From positions 147,312,001 to 147,376,000 of the forward strand of contig OZ024740.1 of the NCBI GenBank assembly GCA_964016885.1: a stretch of DNA of 64,000 nt, in the 5' to 3' direction. Shown here piece by piece: positions 25,286 to 38,539 of the stretch (position 1 is the stretch's first letter; each line of letters begins with the position of its first letter). The notes below the pieces were generated by a model, which ran no database searches, had not been told where the DNA came from, and was given only the letters and a program-made list of their open reading frames with translations. Position numbers and translations under genes: made by a program. The stretch comes from Eledone cirrhosa (lineage: Eukaryota).

Positions 25286-26360
25286 CTGTAAAAGGAAACG
25301 AAGTAATTGGTATCGTTATGAAAATTATTGAATATGTAGAATAGATATATATATATAATCATTGGAAGTATTATATGTATACACAATAGTTATTTAGTTA
25401 TGAAAAGTACGATTTATGAAGAATACTTAGATAATTGTGAAAATTATTATATTTACAGAATGGTTTATACATACAGAATAAACATATAGTATGAAATTTA
25501 TTATCTATGCAGAATAGATATATAGTTATGAAAAGAAGAGAGGACTATATTTTGAAATTACAGCCGTCACAATGCAGATAACTATAATAATTATTGATAA
25601 CTATAAATAATAGTTGAATGGCTCAGGTAAAGAAACCCTAGAGATGGAAAACAGTTGACTGAGACACCTGCAAGAATTAAACCACGCATCACTCATTGTT
25701 CCACTGGCTCAAGGGTGGGAAGTCTAAGTCTATATTCTGCTGCGACTAAATTGGCATTCAAAATCAGCGAATGCATATTATATGTTGATACAAAGTCATA
25801 CTCGATTATGAGTGGCGGCTTTAGTTTATTTTCACCATGTTCACTTATACATTCTCACTATATAGTCTATTCAAAATCAATTACACACACACACACGCAT
25901 ATTTGAATTAAGAACGCGAAGGGACGTAACTAGACACCTAAATACTGCAAGGAATGTCTTCTGCCATACTATCAATTTTATTATTCACCACGTTTTTCTG
26001 CCACCCCCTACTCTTAATAAACATAAAACGTATGTAAAGACCCGTACTTCTGATGGAGTCGTAGGGGCGCTTGAAACCTCACGGAGCTCATTCCCACTCC
26101 AGATCGGAACATATCCAATTCCTCCAGATAAAGAGAGAGCGTGTGATTGGGAGGAAGTGAAAAAGTAATATAGAGGAAGAACTGACCCCAGTTTTGGGCT
26201 AGTACATATTTTTTATCGATCTTGAAAGGATAAAAGGCAAAGTTGACCTCAGCGCGATTTGAACTGAGAGAGCAGGGAGCCAGAACAAATATCGCAAAAC
26301 ATTCTAACCGACATTTTCATGAGTTTGCCAATAAAATAACAACAACAATATATTACTTAC

Positions 26361-26491
26361 CCTTTGGTGTTTGCTTACAGATATATTGAAAAATATCGAT
26401 GTAATAGAAGTATCGAAGTATCAACGCTTTGTTCATAGAACTACATTGATGCTGTATTCTTTCGGAACAGCTCTGGAAATTTTTTAGGTTA
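26361..26491 (-). CDS. Cys-rich type I membrane protein, exon 7 (131 nt)
   Basis: Acceptor tattttcag| and donor |gtaagt, phases 2/1. Encodes NLKNFQSCSERIQHQCSS...IFQYICKQTPK. Confidence 0.87.
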
Positions 26492-27354
26492 CTGAAAATA
26501 CATAGGCACACACACATAAAAACCAAGAATAGACGTACATTATTCTGCGGAGTAAATCTCAATGAAGATTGCGTTACTACAGATAACTTTATATTTGAAC
26601 TAGTTGAGTGGTGCAGTCAATGATGGCGGCAATAATGTTGACTGTATTTAATTTAAGTCCAGAACTGGCATGCCAGGATTACCGGATATATGATATATGA
26701 ACAATCATACAAACTGGAAAACTTGTGTTTTGATAAATTAGTCGTTTGAATCAGAGAAATCCTATAGTTTATTTGGAAGGTATGAAAGGTGAGAAAGGTA
26801 TTAAATAATTTATTTCTAGGATAAAATTACATGCATTTTCAGCAGAGGCATGGCTGAGTGGTTAAGGAGCCCTCATCGCAACTAGTTGGTTCTGGGTTCA
26901 ATTCCGCTTCATGGTGTGTGTGTGTGTGTGTGTGTGTGCGTGCGCGTGCGCGTGCGTGCGTGTGTGTGTGTCTGTGTCCCATATCATAATAGTCCAACAA
27001 AAGAAAGACCGATAAAATAAGTACCAGACTTGAAAAATCAGTACTGAGGTTAATATGATTGACTAAATCACTGCGGAGGTGTAACATTGCCGCAATCTAA
27101 TAACTAAAACAAATAAAAGAATAAATGATATACAGGATTAAATGTATGAGTAACTTGGGAGAAATAACTATATACAGGGACAAATGTAGGATTAAAACCC
27201 AAGACATTCTGATTGGAAAGCGACCTGCTTATAACAACATGATTGAGATAGCATTGTATATAATATATGTGTGTCTATATTTGAGTGTGTCAATTCAGGG
27301 TTGTCTTGACAGCATTATAGGCCCCCGTGCAAAATGATGTCATGAAGCACGACG

Positions 27355-28340
27355 GGATGGTAAGGGAGATGCGCTGGAAGAGCCATTCCAACTCGCGAGG
27401 CTCACACCTGCGGATGGCCAGCTCAGCGCCTATGGTGGTGAATAGGGAGGTAGCCCTAGGGCCGAGGACACCAGAAATCTCCCCTGCCAAGGGTACGACC
27501 GCAAACCTGACGGAGAGCGACCGGTACTTGGAGAGTTTGGCTTCCTCAGCCCGACATGCAGCAGAACCTGGGTTAGTCGGAGACTGCACCAGGTTGCGGC
27601 TGGAGAAAGTGTCGTTGCAAGTGGCATCACAGACGAGGGGTTTGCCACCGCTGAACGGGAAGATGGTCATGCCGTCTGGCCTTTTGCCGTCCTCTTGGTT
27701 CAGCCCCACCGGCTCGAGCTGGGAAGGGAAGCCTGCAGCGTCCAAGCCATGCTCTATGGCCTCGTTGAGGGCAGCATGGCGTGGAAAGCGGCCGGCACTG
27801 TGGCGACAGGAAAGCGGGTGGAGGCCGAAACGGTCCACGGTGGATCCGTAGCGACATTGGTGTGGCTCGCAGATCCGGAAGCCGAGTTTCAAGGAAACGC
27901 CAATGCGCAGGCTATTGTTATCGAGCCGCGTGCCAGTGGAGAAGGAGGGCAAGGCATGGAGCCAGGCACCACTGTGGGGTTTGGAGGCCGCACAAAAACA
28001 GGCAAGGCGGTGCTGATCGAGCTGGTGTGAGCCTGTCTGAAGCCAGGCTACACTGGATGGCATCCCAAATGCGTTAGGGGTTCTTGACGTCAGCAGGGGA
28101 AGAAGGAGGAGGGACGTCTACTGAGCTAAGTTCCAGCCTGTCCCACGTCTCACAGGTGACCTCACGTTCCCCGAACACAGAGGGTTCCATTGTGTTTTGG
28201 AGAACCCTGCCGATGAGGACGCAGCTTGAGGTTTCCGATGAAAGAAACGCCGGCAAAGCCAGCGAGATCGGGGACCGGAGGCCAAGGCCGCCATATCTGA
28301 CAGGTAAAGTGGCCTGTTGCCATCCAATGTCGTCAAACCT
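27355..28340 (-). mobile_element. CRE-clade non-LTR retrotransposon fragment (restriction-like endonuclease end)
   Basis: ORF 27290-28063 has SGAWLHALP, a CxC...H...C knuckle, RHAALNE, KRPDG, DATC, K..KY, VPLAGEISG and LFQRISL, the typical RLE domain of CRE elements. Confidence 0.85.
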
Positions 28341-28421
28341 GCTGCTTATATATTTTTTCTCCCTTTGAAAACTTGGAACGTATCTGATGGAGTATTTATT
28401 TCATGGTTTAGAACTACTTAC

Positions 28422-28569
28422 TCGCAGAGACAATGCAATTTTTTCTGGTTTAATTTCGGTAAAGGATTTATTAACAAGTTTCGAAAATCTTTGTCAGAGA
28501 AACAAATCAGGGATCCACAAACGTTGGTTTTGGTATCGATATTATTCATGGAACATTTGGTTTCTTCTC
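28422..28569 (-). CDS. Cys-rich type I membrane protein, exon 6 (148 nt)
   Basis: Acceptor tttcatcttgtag| and donor |gtaagt, phases 1/2. Encodes EETKCSMNNIDTKTNVCGSLICF...KLHCLC. Confidence 0.87.
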
Positions 28570-28752
28570 CTACAAGATGAAATGAAAAAAAAAAATAAGC
28601 CGATAACATTAACGAAACGTTAAAAACAATTCCTACTTCCATTCTGTTCCTAAAGGAAGAACTATACATAAACTAACACTGTAACAGTTAAAATCGTTTT
28701 GGAAAGCTGGAAAGTGTTTTAGCCTTGGGGATTTATATATATATATATATTT

Positions 28753-28785
<33 letters not shown>

Positions 28786-29002
28786 AAATAGAATTAGAAT
28801 TTAACTTCGAACATAGCTGTATACACATATGTATTTGAATTTCATATTTCTAAAGAAATACGGTATGTTTATAAATAAAATTTAGAAAGCCATAGCTATG
28901 AAAAACACTGGCAGCTAAAGCCACAAAGCGGTGCTCAGCAGAAGCAAGGGAGACAATCGTCGATGCATTTCGAACTCAACTGGTTCTCGACAAGATAATC
29001 TC

Positions 29003-29268
29003 TCCCGCTCTTGCAACTGCCGGACTTTGAAAACAGGCGAAAATATATAGTTTTTTCGTCTTTGTAAATGAGGTGATTAATCTCATTTGCATATGAAGCT
29101 GTATAAGTTGGTTCGACTTAATATAGCTAAATTCTAATTCTATTCTATATTAAGTTAAGCCAACTTATACAGCTTCATATGTAAATGAGATTAATCACCT
29201 CATTTACAAAGACGAAAAAACTATATATTTTCGCCTGTTTTCAAAGTCCGGCAGTTGCAAGAGCGGGA
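29003..29268. repeat. Inverted repeat with ~108-bp arms
   Basis: TCCCGCTCTTGCAACTGCCGGACTTTGAAAACAGGCG...TATAAGTTGG (29003-29111) is almost perfectly complementary to 29160-29268. Confidence 0.9.
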
Positions 29269-29878
29269 AAGATCATCCTCTGGCCTGAGTGTTGACAACA
29301 GAGTGGGCTCCGTTAATGGCACCCAAGTAGGAGGTGGTGTTAAACCGGGTGACATCCACTTATAAAGTATGAATGAGTATTTTAATAAAAGAATTCAGGT
29401 GTGGCCAAGTAGTTAAGAAGTTCACATATGTGGACCTGGTTTCGATCCCACAGCATATCTTGTGTTAGTATTTGTTTTACCATAGCCTCAGGGCTATCCA
29501 GGTTTTGTGAAGGAAATTGCAAAAGCGAACTCTGTGTGGAATTATGTCCGGATGGAGAGTACCATATGTCTGTGGAGTACTCAAACACACACGTTAATTC
29601 AAGTGTTAGAATTTAAGTTCAGCGAACAAATGAATGCTTATCGTCGAAACTGACAGAAGACTCAGTGTGTAAAATTTGTCTTTTAAATATTCTTTTTATA
29701 TCCTTAGTAATTTCAGTAATTGACAGCGGCAATGCTGGAGTAGCGCCATCGAGCGTTTCAGTCGATAATATCGATACTATACTTATTTTAATGTTGTACC
29801 TATTACACAGATCTATATTTATCGAATTGATATATTACTTGTTTGATTTATCACTTGTATATGGTGAGGTAAACATAA

Positions 29879-29950
<72 letters not shown>

Positions 29951-30702
29951 GCAGGGACAGATTTAGACATGGGGGCACCGGGGCACTTCAGGTTTGGGAG
30001 GTCCCAGATACACAAACATTTAGAATACACACCAAAACCCAAATTTTACATATCAAAGTTGGCTTGGTGCAAGTAATGCGAATTGAAAAGTTATATATAT
30101 AGGTATTAAATTCAAAATATCTAACCACATTCATTTTACGTCCACTTTCTACACCGGCATGTATTGGACAGGTTGTCGCAGTCCGAGACCAGACATGTCG
30201 GAACAACTTTCTCTTGTTCATACATTACATATTTGGGATGGTTTCTATTGCTGGATGTGCTTCCTAACATAACCATTTTAGAGTGTTTACTGGATGCATT
30301 GTTTTTGCGATATCAGCAAATACTTTTTATTAGAATATTGTTCATATAACAATATGATGTTACTAAAGTTAAGAAAATTGGATGGATTTTGCCACAGTAA
30401 AGATATTAAATGCTTTTTGTTAAAAATATAGTTCTTGCTGTCAAAGGAATAAAGATAAAAAACCCAGCAGAGGGCACAAATAATTTGCTACAACCATCGC
30501 TGGTGGGGCCCCCATCTGCGGGGGCCCGGGGCAATTGCCTCCTTTGACCCCATTCAATCCAGCCCTGCACACATGCACGCATACACACAGAGAGTCGTAT
30601 GCATACAACAGTCTTGTGCACGACTTCGACTAAATTCCACTCAAAGTATATTGATCAATAATACATTATTGTAAAAATCCCATATGTCTGTCTATCTATT
30701 AT

Positions 30703-31815
30703 CTCCAGGTATTCCTCACCGACCAACCGGTGTGGGCACCGTTTGTGAGACAGGCCTTCCCGCAACTTGTCTAGCTGACGGAGCTGCAGTCCTGGGTCAA
30801 GTGGAGACCGAAGAAAATGGGCGCCTGGGCACATTGAATGCGCCCAGGCGCTCACAGTCCTCTGTCAAGCGGGCACAGCAATCAGTGGAGACTCTACTTC
30901 GACATTCTATAGAGGATTAGTACTTTACAAGTGCGACGACGTGCTCGGGGAGACTCTAGACGTCGAAGACGACGAGCTCACCAGTCTGTTCGGTAGAACT
31001 TTCCGCCCGGGACCTATGGAAACTTCCAAAGGTTCCTGGCCTGGCAGTACTAGCGAGGAGCTCTACCAGTTCGAGATAAGATCTACAGGCACGGACGCCC
31101 CGGCATAGATCCTTCCAAGAGGACGTGTCCAAGATGCGAGCAGGACATTGAAACCGTCTTGCACGTAATTGTACACTGCCCGGGCGTAAGCGACCTGTGG
31201 AACTACGCAGAACAACTGCTGTCGCGTATGGAACAAATCCAGTTGACTGCCGAGTCCATAGTATGGATCAAACCGCCAACTTCTTTCAAAAACGAAAGAG
31301 AGGCGGTTTTCCTCTGTATAGTGGCTATGGTAAAAGAGATTATATGGTATTCGAGACTGAGAGGACTGAGGACAGATGCCTTTTTCCCAGGACAACAACT
31401 CATTCCCTTCTTTAAGTATCACTTTAGAAGGAGAATCAGAGTGGAGAGAGAGGCACTGCACCCCAGTAAATTTACTGAAAGGTGGGTGAATATAGCAAAA
31501 ATGGCCCGACTGATTGGGCTTTCTCTGTATATAAACCTATAGGTTGAAGAAGACAGCAAAAGGAAGAAAGGAGCACTTGCACAACACGCTCCTGGAGTTG
31601 AGGGTTGTTCTATCGACGGGGTATTAAACAACCCATTTGTGTTCTATCGACGGGGTATTAAACAACCCATTTGTAACGCCTCCCCCCTATTGGGGATTTC
31701 GATTGTTAAATTTGTTTGTTTTAATAATATTTTTACACGACTGTATGTAAAATCCCCAGTATGTGTCTTTGTATTGTCCCCTTTTCTTATGCGCCCTTGT
31801 GGCAAATAAAGAAAT
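30703..31815 (+). mobile_element. 5'-truncated Tx1/L1-clade LINE
   Basis: Closely matches 52695-53765. It encodes the CPRC...H...C Zn-knuckle region and ends AATAAAGAAATAT followed by (ATCT)n. Confidence 0.88.
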
Positions 31816-32006
31816 ATATCTATAAGATATCTATCTATCTATCTATCTATCTATCTAGATAGATAGATAGATAGATAGATAGATATCTAGATATCTCCCA
31901 TTCTCTCTCCCTCTCTCTCGCTCTCTTTCCTCGACATTTCTTCGCTCTTATCAAAGTAGCTTCTCAGAAGAAACAGTGGAGATGAGGAGATGATGTAAAA
32001 ATTCAC

Positions 32007-32149
32007 CTTTGCTGTTAAAGTCACATCTTTCCGGGAGCAGATTCAAAGAAAGTTCACTCTCCAGCAGTATCTTCATAAAATGTCCAGCGTTCGAACCACA
32101 TGATCGAGACGTCCAGTTACCTACGCATTTGGTCATTTTATCTATTTTG
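32007..32149 (-). CDS. Cys-rich type I membrane protein, exon 5 (143 nt)
   Basis: Acceptor ctcgtatttcag| and donor |gtgaat, phases 2/1. Encodes KIDKMTKCVGNWTSRSCGSNAGHFMK...PERCDFNSK. Confidence 0.85.
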
Positions 32150-32214
32150 CTGAAATACGAGAAACGAAAATGAAAATAATTAACAAAAACAACAATAACA
32201 ATAAACAATCATAA

Positions 32215-32409
32215 TAATTGTTTCTACTATTTGGTACAAGGCCAGCAATTATTCCAGTGCATTACTGGTACTTTATTTTATTGACTCCTTAAGGATGAAA
32301 GGCAAAGTTAACCTCGGCGGGATTTGAATTCAGAACGTAAATAGCCATAACTCTATGCTGCAAAGCATGTTATCCGACGATCTACTGATACTGCCAATCC
32401 ATCGCCCTA
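32215..32409 (-). mobile_element. SINE (family A), full length
   Basis: Reverse complement of the family A unit, flanked by the similar repeats ATAAACAATCATAATAAT and ATAAACATTCATAATAAT. Confidence 0.85.
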
Positions 32410-32842
32410 TAAACATTCATAATAATGGTTTCTAATTTAGGCACAAGACAACAATTTTGGGGAGTTCAATTAAATCAACCCCACAACTTGACTAATACTT
32501 TATTTTATCAACTTTGGAACGATGAAAGGTAAAATTAACCTCGGTATAATTTGAATTCAAAACGTAAAATGTCGGAAGAAATACCGCAAAGCATTTTGTC
32601 CGACCCTCTAACGAAGCTGCTACGTAATTTAGGCAAAAAGCCAGCAGTTTGTGCTCTACCAGAGAAACAAGGAGACAAATTTGGTTTCAGTCAATTAAAT
32701 TGACCTCATTACATTACTGGTACTTTATTTCATTGACCTCAGAAGAAGGAAATGTAGAATTAACCTAGGCAGAATTTGAACTTAGCAGTAGGGTAATTTG
32801 TTCGACGTTCTAACGATACTGCCAATCCACCACCCAATAATA

Positions 32843-32930
32843 AATAAAATAAAATAAAATAAAATAAAATAAAATAAAATAAAATAAAATAAAATAAAAT
32901 AAAATAAAATAAAATAAAATAAAATAAATA
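32843..32930 (+). repeat. (AAAAT)n pentanucleotide microsatellite
   Basis: Direct reading of the sequence. Confidence 0.95.
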
Positions 32931-33765
32931 ACATCTACACAAATTTATCAACATTCGGTGTCGGAAGGTCAGAATTAGTAGAGCGACAGACAAAAATGTT
33001 TGGCGGCATTGATCGCTGAGATCAACTTTATCTTTCATCCTCACAGTATTGATAAAGAAGTACCAGTCGAGTAATTGAGCCGATATGATTGTCTGTATCC
33101 TCACACTAACTTTATTCCCTTGTAGAACTCAATATTTTGCTCAATGCCAATATTCACTTTAAAATTTGGTAGCAAGAAACGGTAGAGTTATATTTGTTTT
33201 AACATCAACTTTTGTAGAGCACACATATGATTATATCCACGACTATAGTTTATTATAGCCTATACTATCCAATATGTCATACGCTTCTTACAGATAGTAT
33301 CGAGCGATTTGAGAAAATTTAGCTGCTATTTCTATCAGATCAAACGACTACGGAGATACCCTCATTAGCATGTGAAGAGAGTCAGTATTTCATATCATCA
33401 ACGGCTTCTGAAAGACGTTGACAAGCCAATCAATAAGTATCATCATTATCTATAAAAGGCAGATTGTTGTTGTTGTTGTGTGTGTGTGTGCATGTTCCAT
33501 GTTTATACATTTGCACAATTTCAAACCAATTCGACTCAAAGTCTGTAAGAATGTTGTAAATGGTCTAACTTAGTTCAACGGAAATAATCGATAAAACTAA
33601 ATACATGACTCTTTACCCCTCTAATACAATCTGATTTCCTCTCTCTACTCCTCTTAAAATTCGATAAAACTACATACATGTTGCAACTTTCTCTTATATA
33701 CGCTTAAACTTACAAACTTTCTTTAGGAACGCCGAAGAAAGAAAAGAGAAAGAAATGAAGGAGAT

Positions 33766-33824
<59 letters not shown>

Positions 33825-34492
33825 ATTTGTTTTTGAGTGTGGAACGGTCAAACATATATTTACTTCAATGACAACGAAGAGTACTTATTACATTTCATAC
33901 GAAACAACAATTATTCAAAAGCAACAGATAAATTTATTCAACAACAAAAAAAAAAATACCGATAAATCTTTTTAAAAACATCTCTCAACGAACGTGGAAG
34001 AAAGAAGTATCAGTTTATTTACTATACACAATAATATCTTCTATGAGGTCACTAAACCTGCTAGAAACAGCAGCTAACTCTCCCCCATATCACACCCCTC
34101 CATACTGTCTTAAATTTAGAAAACACACATTAGACAACCATGCAGAACAACTCCATCGCAGCTCTGTTCGGTTGGCATCGTCTACGCGCGTGTTGCGCAA
34201 GTACTGTGAAACAATAAATTTCAACACTTCTTTGCACAGAGATAATATCCATAGGTGAAACTACAATTGTCACTGCTGGCGCAGCTCCTGCTTCGGCAGT
34301 TCAGGTCTGCAATTCATTCACCCAGTGCCTGGCAGACAAAAAAGTGCTGCCATGAAATGGGTGGTGCAACCTAACTTTGGTAACTTACTGACCCCGAGCA
34401 ACGCCGGGCTTTAATGCTTGTATATTGATAAAACTAGTAAAATAAAGTCAATGCATATATTTTATTAGTAAAATGTCCTTCCCAAAGTAATA

Positions 34493-34653
34493 CAGGTAAA
34501 ATTCCGTTTTAACGAATACCATTATAACGAACTTTTCAATATTTTTCAATCTTCGGCCACATGCTCGATGTGTTAGTTCGATCTCGTTATAAAGATTTTT
34601 CGTTACAACAAATCTTTTATACCCCTGAATTTCGTTATAACGGAATTTCACTG
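34493..34653. mobile_element. Small Tc1/mariner-superfamily (Tigger-like) MITE
   Basis: TA|CAGGTAAAATTCCGTTTTAACGAA ... TTCGTTATAACGGAATTTCACTG|TA. Confidence 0.75.
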
Positions 34654-35188
34654 TATATATTTTTTCGGAATCAGAGCGAACTCCTTAGATATAGCAGGGA
34701 GATGGCGATATATGAACAAAATAATGGGGCAATCAGCATAGTTTAATAATATCGATACTTATTCAAAACACGTGGTTTTTCGATTTAGCCAAACTGCTTT
34801 TTGTAGTTCTATTAAAAGTGTACATTTAACAGTTCCTGGACTAGCTAAATCTATTCAGTAGATTTGTTCAGTTTACTAACTCAGAATAATCCAATGGGAT
34901 TGCAGCGTGTTTGTGTGTATTTACTCGCGGCATCAGAAGCACTCAACTAGAATATGGAAAGAGTTGTTTAGTTTCTAGGAGTAGAAATATACGTCTCACC
35001 CACAAAATTAAACTTTGTAAACATGGCACAAATAAATTTACAAATGCTGCAATACGACATTAATGGCATTAATTCATAACAGCTTTATGGAAGAAAATAT
35101 TTCATCGCCCCTTCTATCATAGGTGTGCTTAATCGAGATTAATTTGGAAATAACAGCAACTAGCTTTGATGGCATTAAGTTTACTTAC

Positions 35189-35285
35189 ATGCATTCGTCA
35201 TGATAGTGGGAGGTGATTTTATTACAGTTTTTCACAGCAGGGCTTGTGTCAATGCTATTCAGACAAGGAAGGACATCTATGTAAG
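35189..35285 (-). CDS. Cys-rich type I membrane protein, exon 4 (97 nt)
   Basis: Acceptor ctcgtttttag| and donor |gtaagt, phases 1/2. Encodes YIDVLPCLNSIDTSPAVKNCNKITSHYHDEC. Confidence 0.87.
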
Positions 35286-36571
35286 CTAAAAACGAGTAAA
35301 ATGGTAAAAAAAAAAGTGAAATTAATTTTTTATTCATTATCATAAAAGGAATAATTTTTCTTATAATAGAATAAAATAACTTTTAAAAAAGTTCAAAAGA
35401 AATCGTTATTCTGTTTTTTTAAAAAATTACTTTTCATTGTAACAGGCTTCCACACAATTTTCATAACCAGTTTCATTTAAAATTCTTGAGTCGACCTGAA
35501 GCAAGCTTCTTAATTACTCATTCATATTTGCATCCACATATTCGTCTTCATCGATTATCATCAACCACAATACGTAGTTGTATGTAGATGCCACATAATG
35601 GATACCTTAAGGTACTACATTACAAACAAAAGCAGCATCATAGTAACATTTCATTGGTGTTCGTATGTCCCGTTGACTTGTGTATCTTGAAAATATAGTC
35701 AAATATTCCGAACAGATAAATACCGGGACTTGATCAACCATTTCATTTTTGTGTCAATCGCTGTCGAGACTTTTGGTCTCCATGGCCCTCGAACTGCCCC
35801 CCCCCCCCAAAAAAAAAATTGGAAGGAGTGCATCCTGCTTAAGGAAGGTACACCGCGAGGTGGTTTGGCTGATATAGCGAGTTTCGCCGACTGTTCTCTA
35901 GGGTAATACATTCGAAATTTTGTCCGCGGGGTGCAGCTGAGATATACCACCAAACTGGGGTGTAGGGTCGGCCACTCTCACCCTTTCCCTTACTTTCATT
36001 ATTTAATTTTTCTCTCTTTTTCTTTTTTATTGCAAACATCATATAAACCAATTGAAATTTGTTGAATAACTCAAATGTTTTCTATCTTTTATTGTACTTT
36101 AGGCATAATACGCCAGATGGTTTAATACAGCCAAATCGTCTTTCATTGCTTTTAGCATCCAGGCAAGTAGTTGACTGATTAATCTTCATATCTCGTTTAT
36201 TTTCTTATAAAAAACTTTCAAAACAAACAAATGATGAGCAGTGTAATGTATGAATCTATAACTCCGTAGAGTTGTAGGGGCGCCGTAGTGTCATACGACA
36301 TAATGGGCATATTTTTATAATCTGGCGGAGTCTAACCGATTTCTTCCAGAAAATGAGAGAGAAAAATGAAGAAGAGAAATGACCCCAATACTGGACTGGT
36401 ACTTTTTATGGACCTTAAAAGGAGGAAAGGCAAAGTTGACGTTGCCGTGATTTGAACTCAGAGAGCAGATAGCCAGAACGAGCATTGCAAGGCACTCTAT
36501 ATGACGTTCTAACGACTCTGCTAATTCGCCACCTGAGTAGTGCAATAAATAATGACTAATTATATACTCAC

Positions 36572-36702
36572 TTTGAATCCGTCCATTGCAGAGATAGTTG
36601 AATGTATCATGTATGTATTCTAACTTTTTGTGTATTTCAGTTCGATAATTACTACATTGCAGCATTATCAATTCATAGCACATCTCAAGTTTATATTTAT
36701 AC
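36572..36702 (-). CDS. Cys-rich type I membrane protein, exon 3 (131 nt)
   Basis: Acceptor cttcttttacag| and donor |gtgagt, phases 2/1. Encodes YKYKLEMCYELIMLQCSNY...TFNYLCNGRIQ. Confidence 0.87.
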
Positions 36703-36858
36703 CTGTAAAAGAAGATATAGTTGGTTAAGCCCTTTGATAACAGACAGCCTAAAACCAGCCCTCGTATTACAATACAAAACTGCTTATTTCAAAGTGTGCA
36801 TATTGATCGCAAAACATTTCATCATAGTTTTATTTTAATTATATAAGAACCTTTCTTG

Positions 36859-36940
36859 TGGCTTTTCCAGCGCGTCTCCCTTACCGTCCTCCGGGGAAAC
36901 GCCTTCTCCATTCTGTCCGCCGGGGCTGTGGGTGGGCCCC
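36859..36940 (+). mobile_element. Short 3'-terminal CRE fragment
   Basis: Nearly identical to 56063-56143 (TTCCAGCGCGTCTCCCTT...GGGGAAACGCCTTCTCCATTCT). Confidence 0.75.
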
Positions 36941-37314
36941 ATCGCGTACCGTTGTAGTTGTTGTATACAGATATTAACTCATCAATCCCATTGTCCTAAT
37001 CCGTAATTATTAAGAATATATTTTCTTAAGTTATGCTAAACATACCAGCTCAATAATGAGAAAATTAATTATTTTATTTAATCCATCGAAATTCTTGATG
37101 GTTTTCAACATTGTTTGAAAATCCTAGGCTGTATCTTTCATTAGAAATATGATAATGAGAAGTTTAAATTACTTGCCTTATTACAGCTATAAAAAGGTAT
37201 AAAAAGAGCCTATAACAATATAGAGTGTTATACACTTAATAGTGGTTAGTGGCATCGGTCATTACTCCAGGACGTAACGACTCTGCTTGACATGAGATTA
37301 CAAATTTGAATTAC

Positions 37315-37462
37315 CTGCATATGTTTTTCAGGTCCCTTGCCCTCCACGCGTTTACCGTTTTGGTTATATTGGAACTGATGTCGAAGTTTGTTAATTGCAA
37401 CATATTCTCACATTCTTGGATTTTCACCGTTTGATATAATTCTGAACACATTCCGTTCACTC
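37315..37462 (-). CDS. Cys-rich type I membrane protein, exon 2 (148 nt)
   Basis: Acceptor tttctattgaag| and donor |gtaatt, phases 1/2. Encodes VNGMCSELYQTVKIQECENML...RDLKNIC. Confidence 0.85.
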
Positions 37463-38539
37463 CTTCAATAGAAATATGAAAACATCTCTAGACTTTAACA
37501 AAACACACTTCACAAATAAATATCATTGATTGATTTCGTAAACGGATTAGTCAGAGAAGGAAAGGCAGCGTTCATAAACTCTTTTCGGAGCCTCCCTGAC
37601 TTGTTGGATGACGTTATCCTCAGACAAGAGTCTTCACTGGAATGCTTGCAACAGACTGGACTACGTGATGGTGCATACGAATTGTCAATAAAAGATTCGA
37701 CAGATGCGGCATAAATCTGAGGCCACAGATGTATAACGAAAGTCTTCACTGTGTATCTATTTACTAAGTGTAGAAATGTGTCCTTTGAACACCGTCACCA
37801 TTTCTTAACAAATATTCACAGAATTTGGCACAGGGATCTAAATCCATTTCAGAATAATCAGAATAATCTGTGGTAAAATGTGTGAATTAAAGAAAGAAAA
37901 TGAAGGAATACTGACAGTTCCAATGGAATGGGAGTGGTTATAATGTCTAGGGAAAGAATAGCAGGACGGATTTTACGGGCGAAGCCATGTAGCTGGAGAC
38001 CCTGAAGTACACCACAAGCAAGATGGTTGGATAACATCCATGAGCTCAGCTGATCCAACCAGATCAATTGGAGATGGTTGCTTTGATGGGACCCTCTGAA
38101 ATGCGTGTGGAGGTCTCTACCCACACAACTTAGAAAATTAGACATGAGTAAACTTTTGAAAAGCTGTTTAAGCGAAACCGGTTAAGTACAAAACTATTCT
38201 TTTTTGACGGAGGATTTACAAAATTGGGTTAAAATTAAAAAAAAATGTTTAAATTTTGAATCTGATTTTTGTTTTCTGTATGCAGACAGTTATCTTCACT
38301 GTTTAAAACAGAAATCCGAACGTATTTTCGGTGGTGGTGTTGGTGGTAGGAGTACTCTAGCATGATCGCAACCTACAGATAAGAACTGGTAAAAGAGTAA
38401 AAGAGTAAAAGTTACAGATATGGAGTACATGTTCCGAAACTCCACAGTGAGTTATGTATGTGTGTTTATGATTTTGTGCACGCTCTCGCGCTGAAATATG
38501 TGTTAACTTCATTATACAAGTACCTGGGCGAGTTGCGTG

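Noticed and set aside
31600-31675. 32-bp tandem direct repeat (TGTTCTATCGACGGGGTATTAAACAACCCATT) x2
   Set aside because: It is a local duplication in a Tx1 3' UTR with no spacers. This is a eukaryotic context and it is not a CRISPR array.
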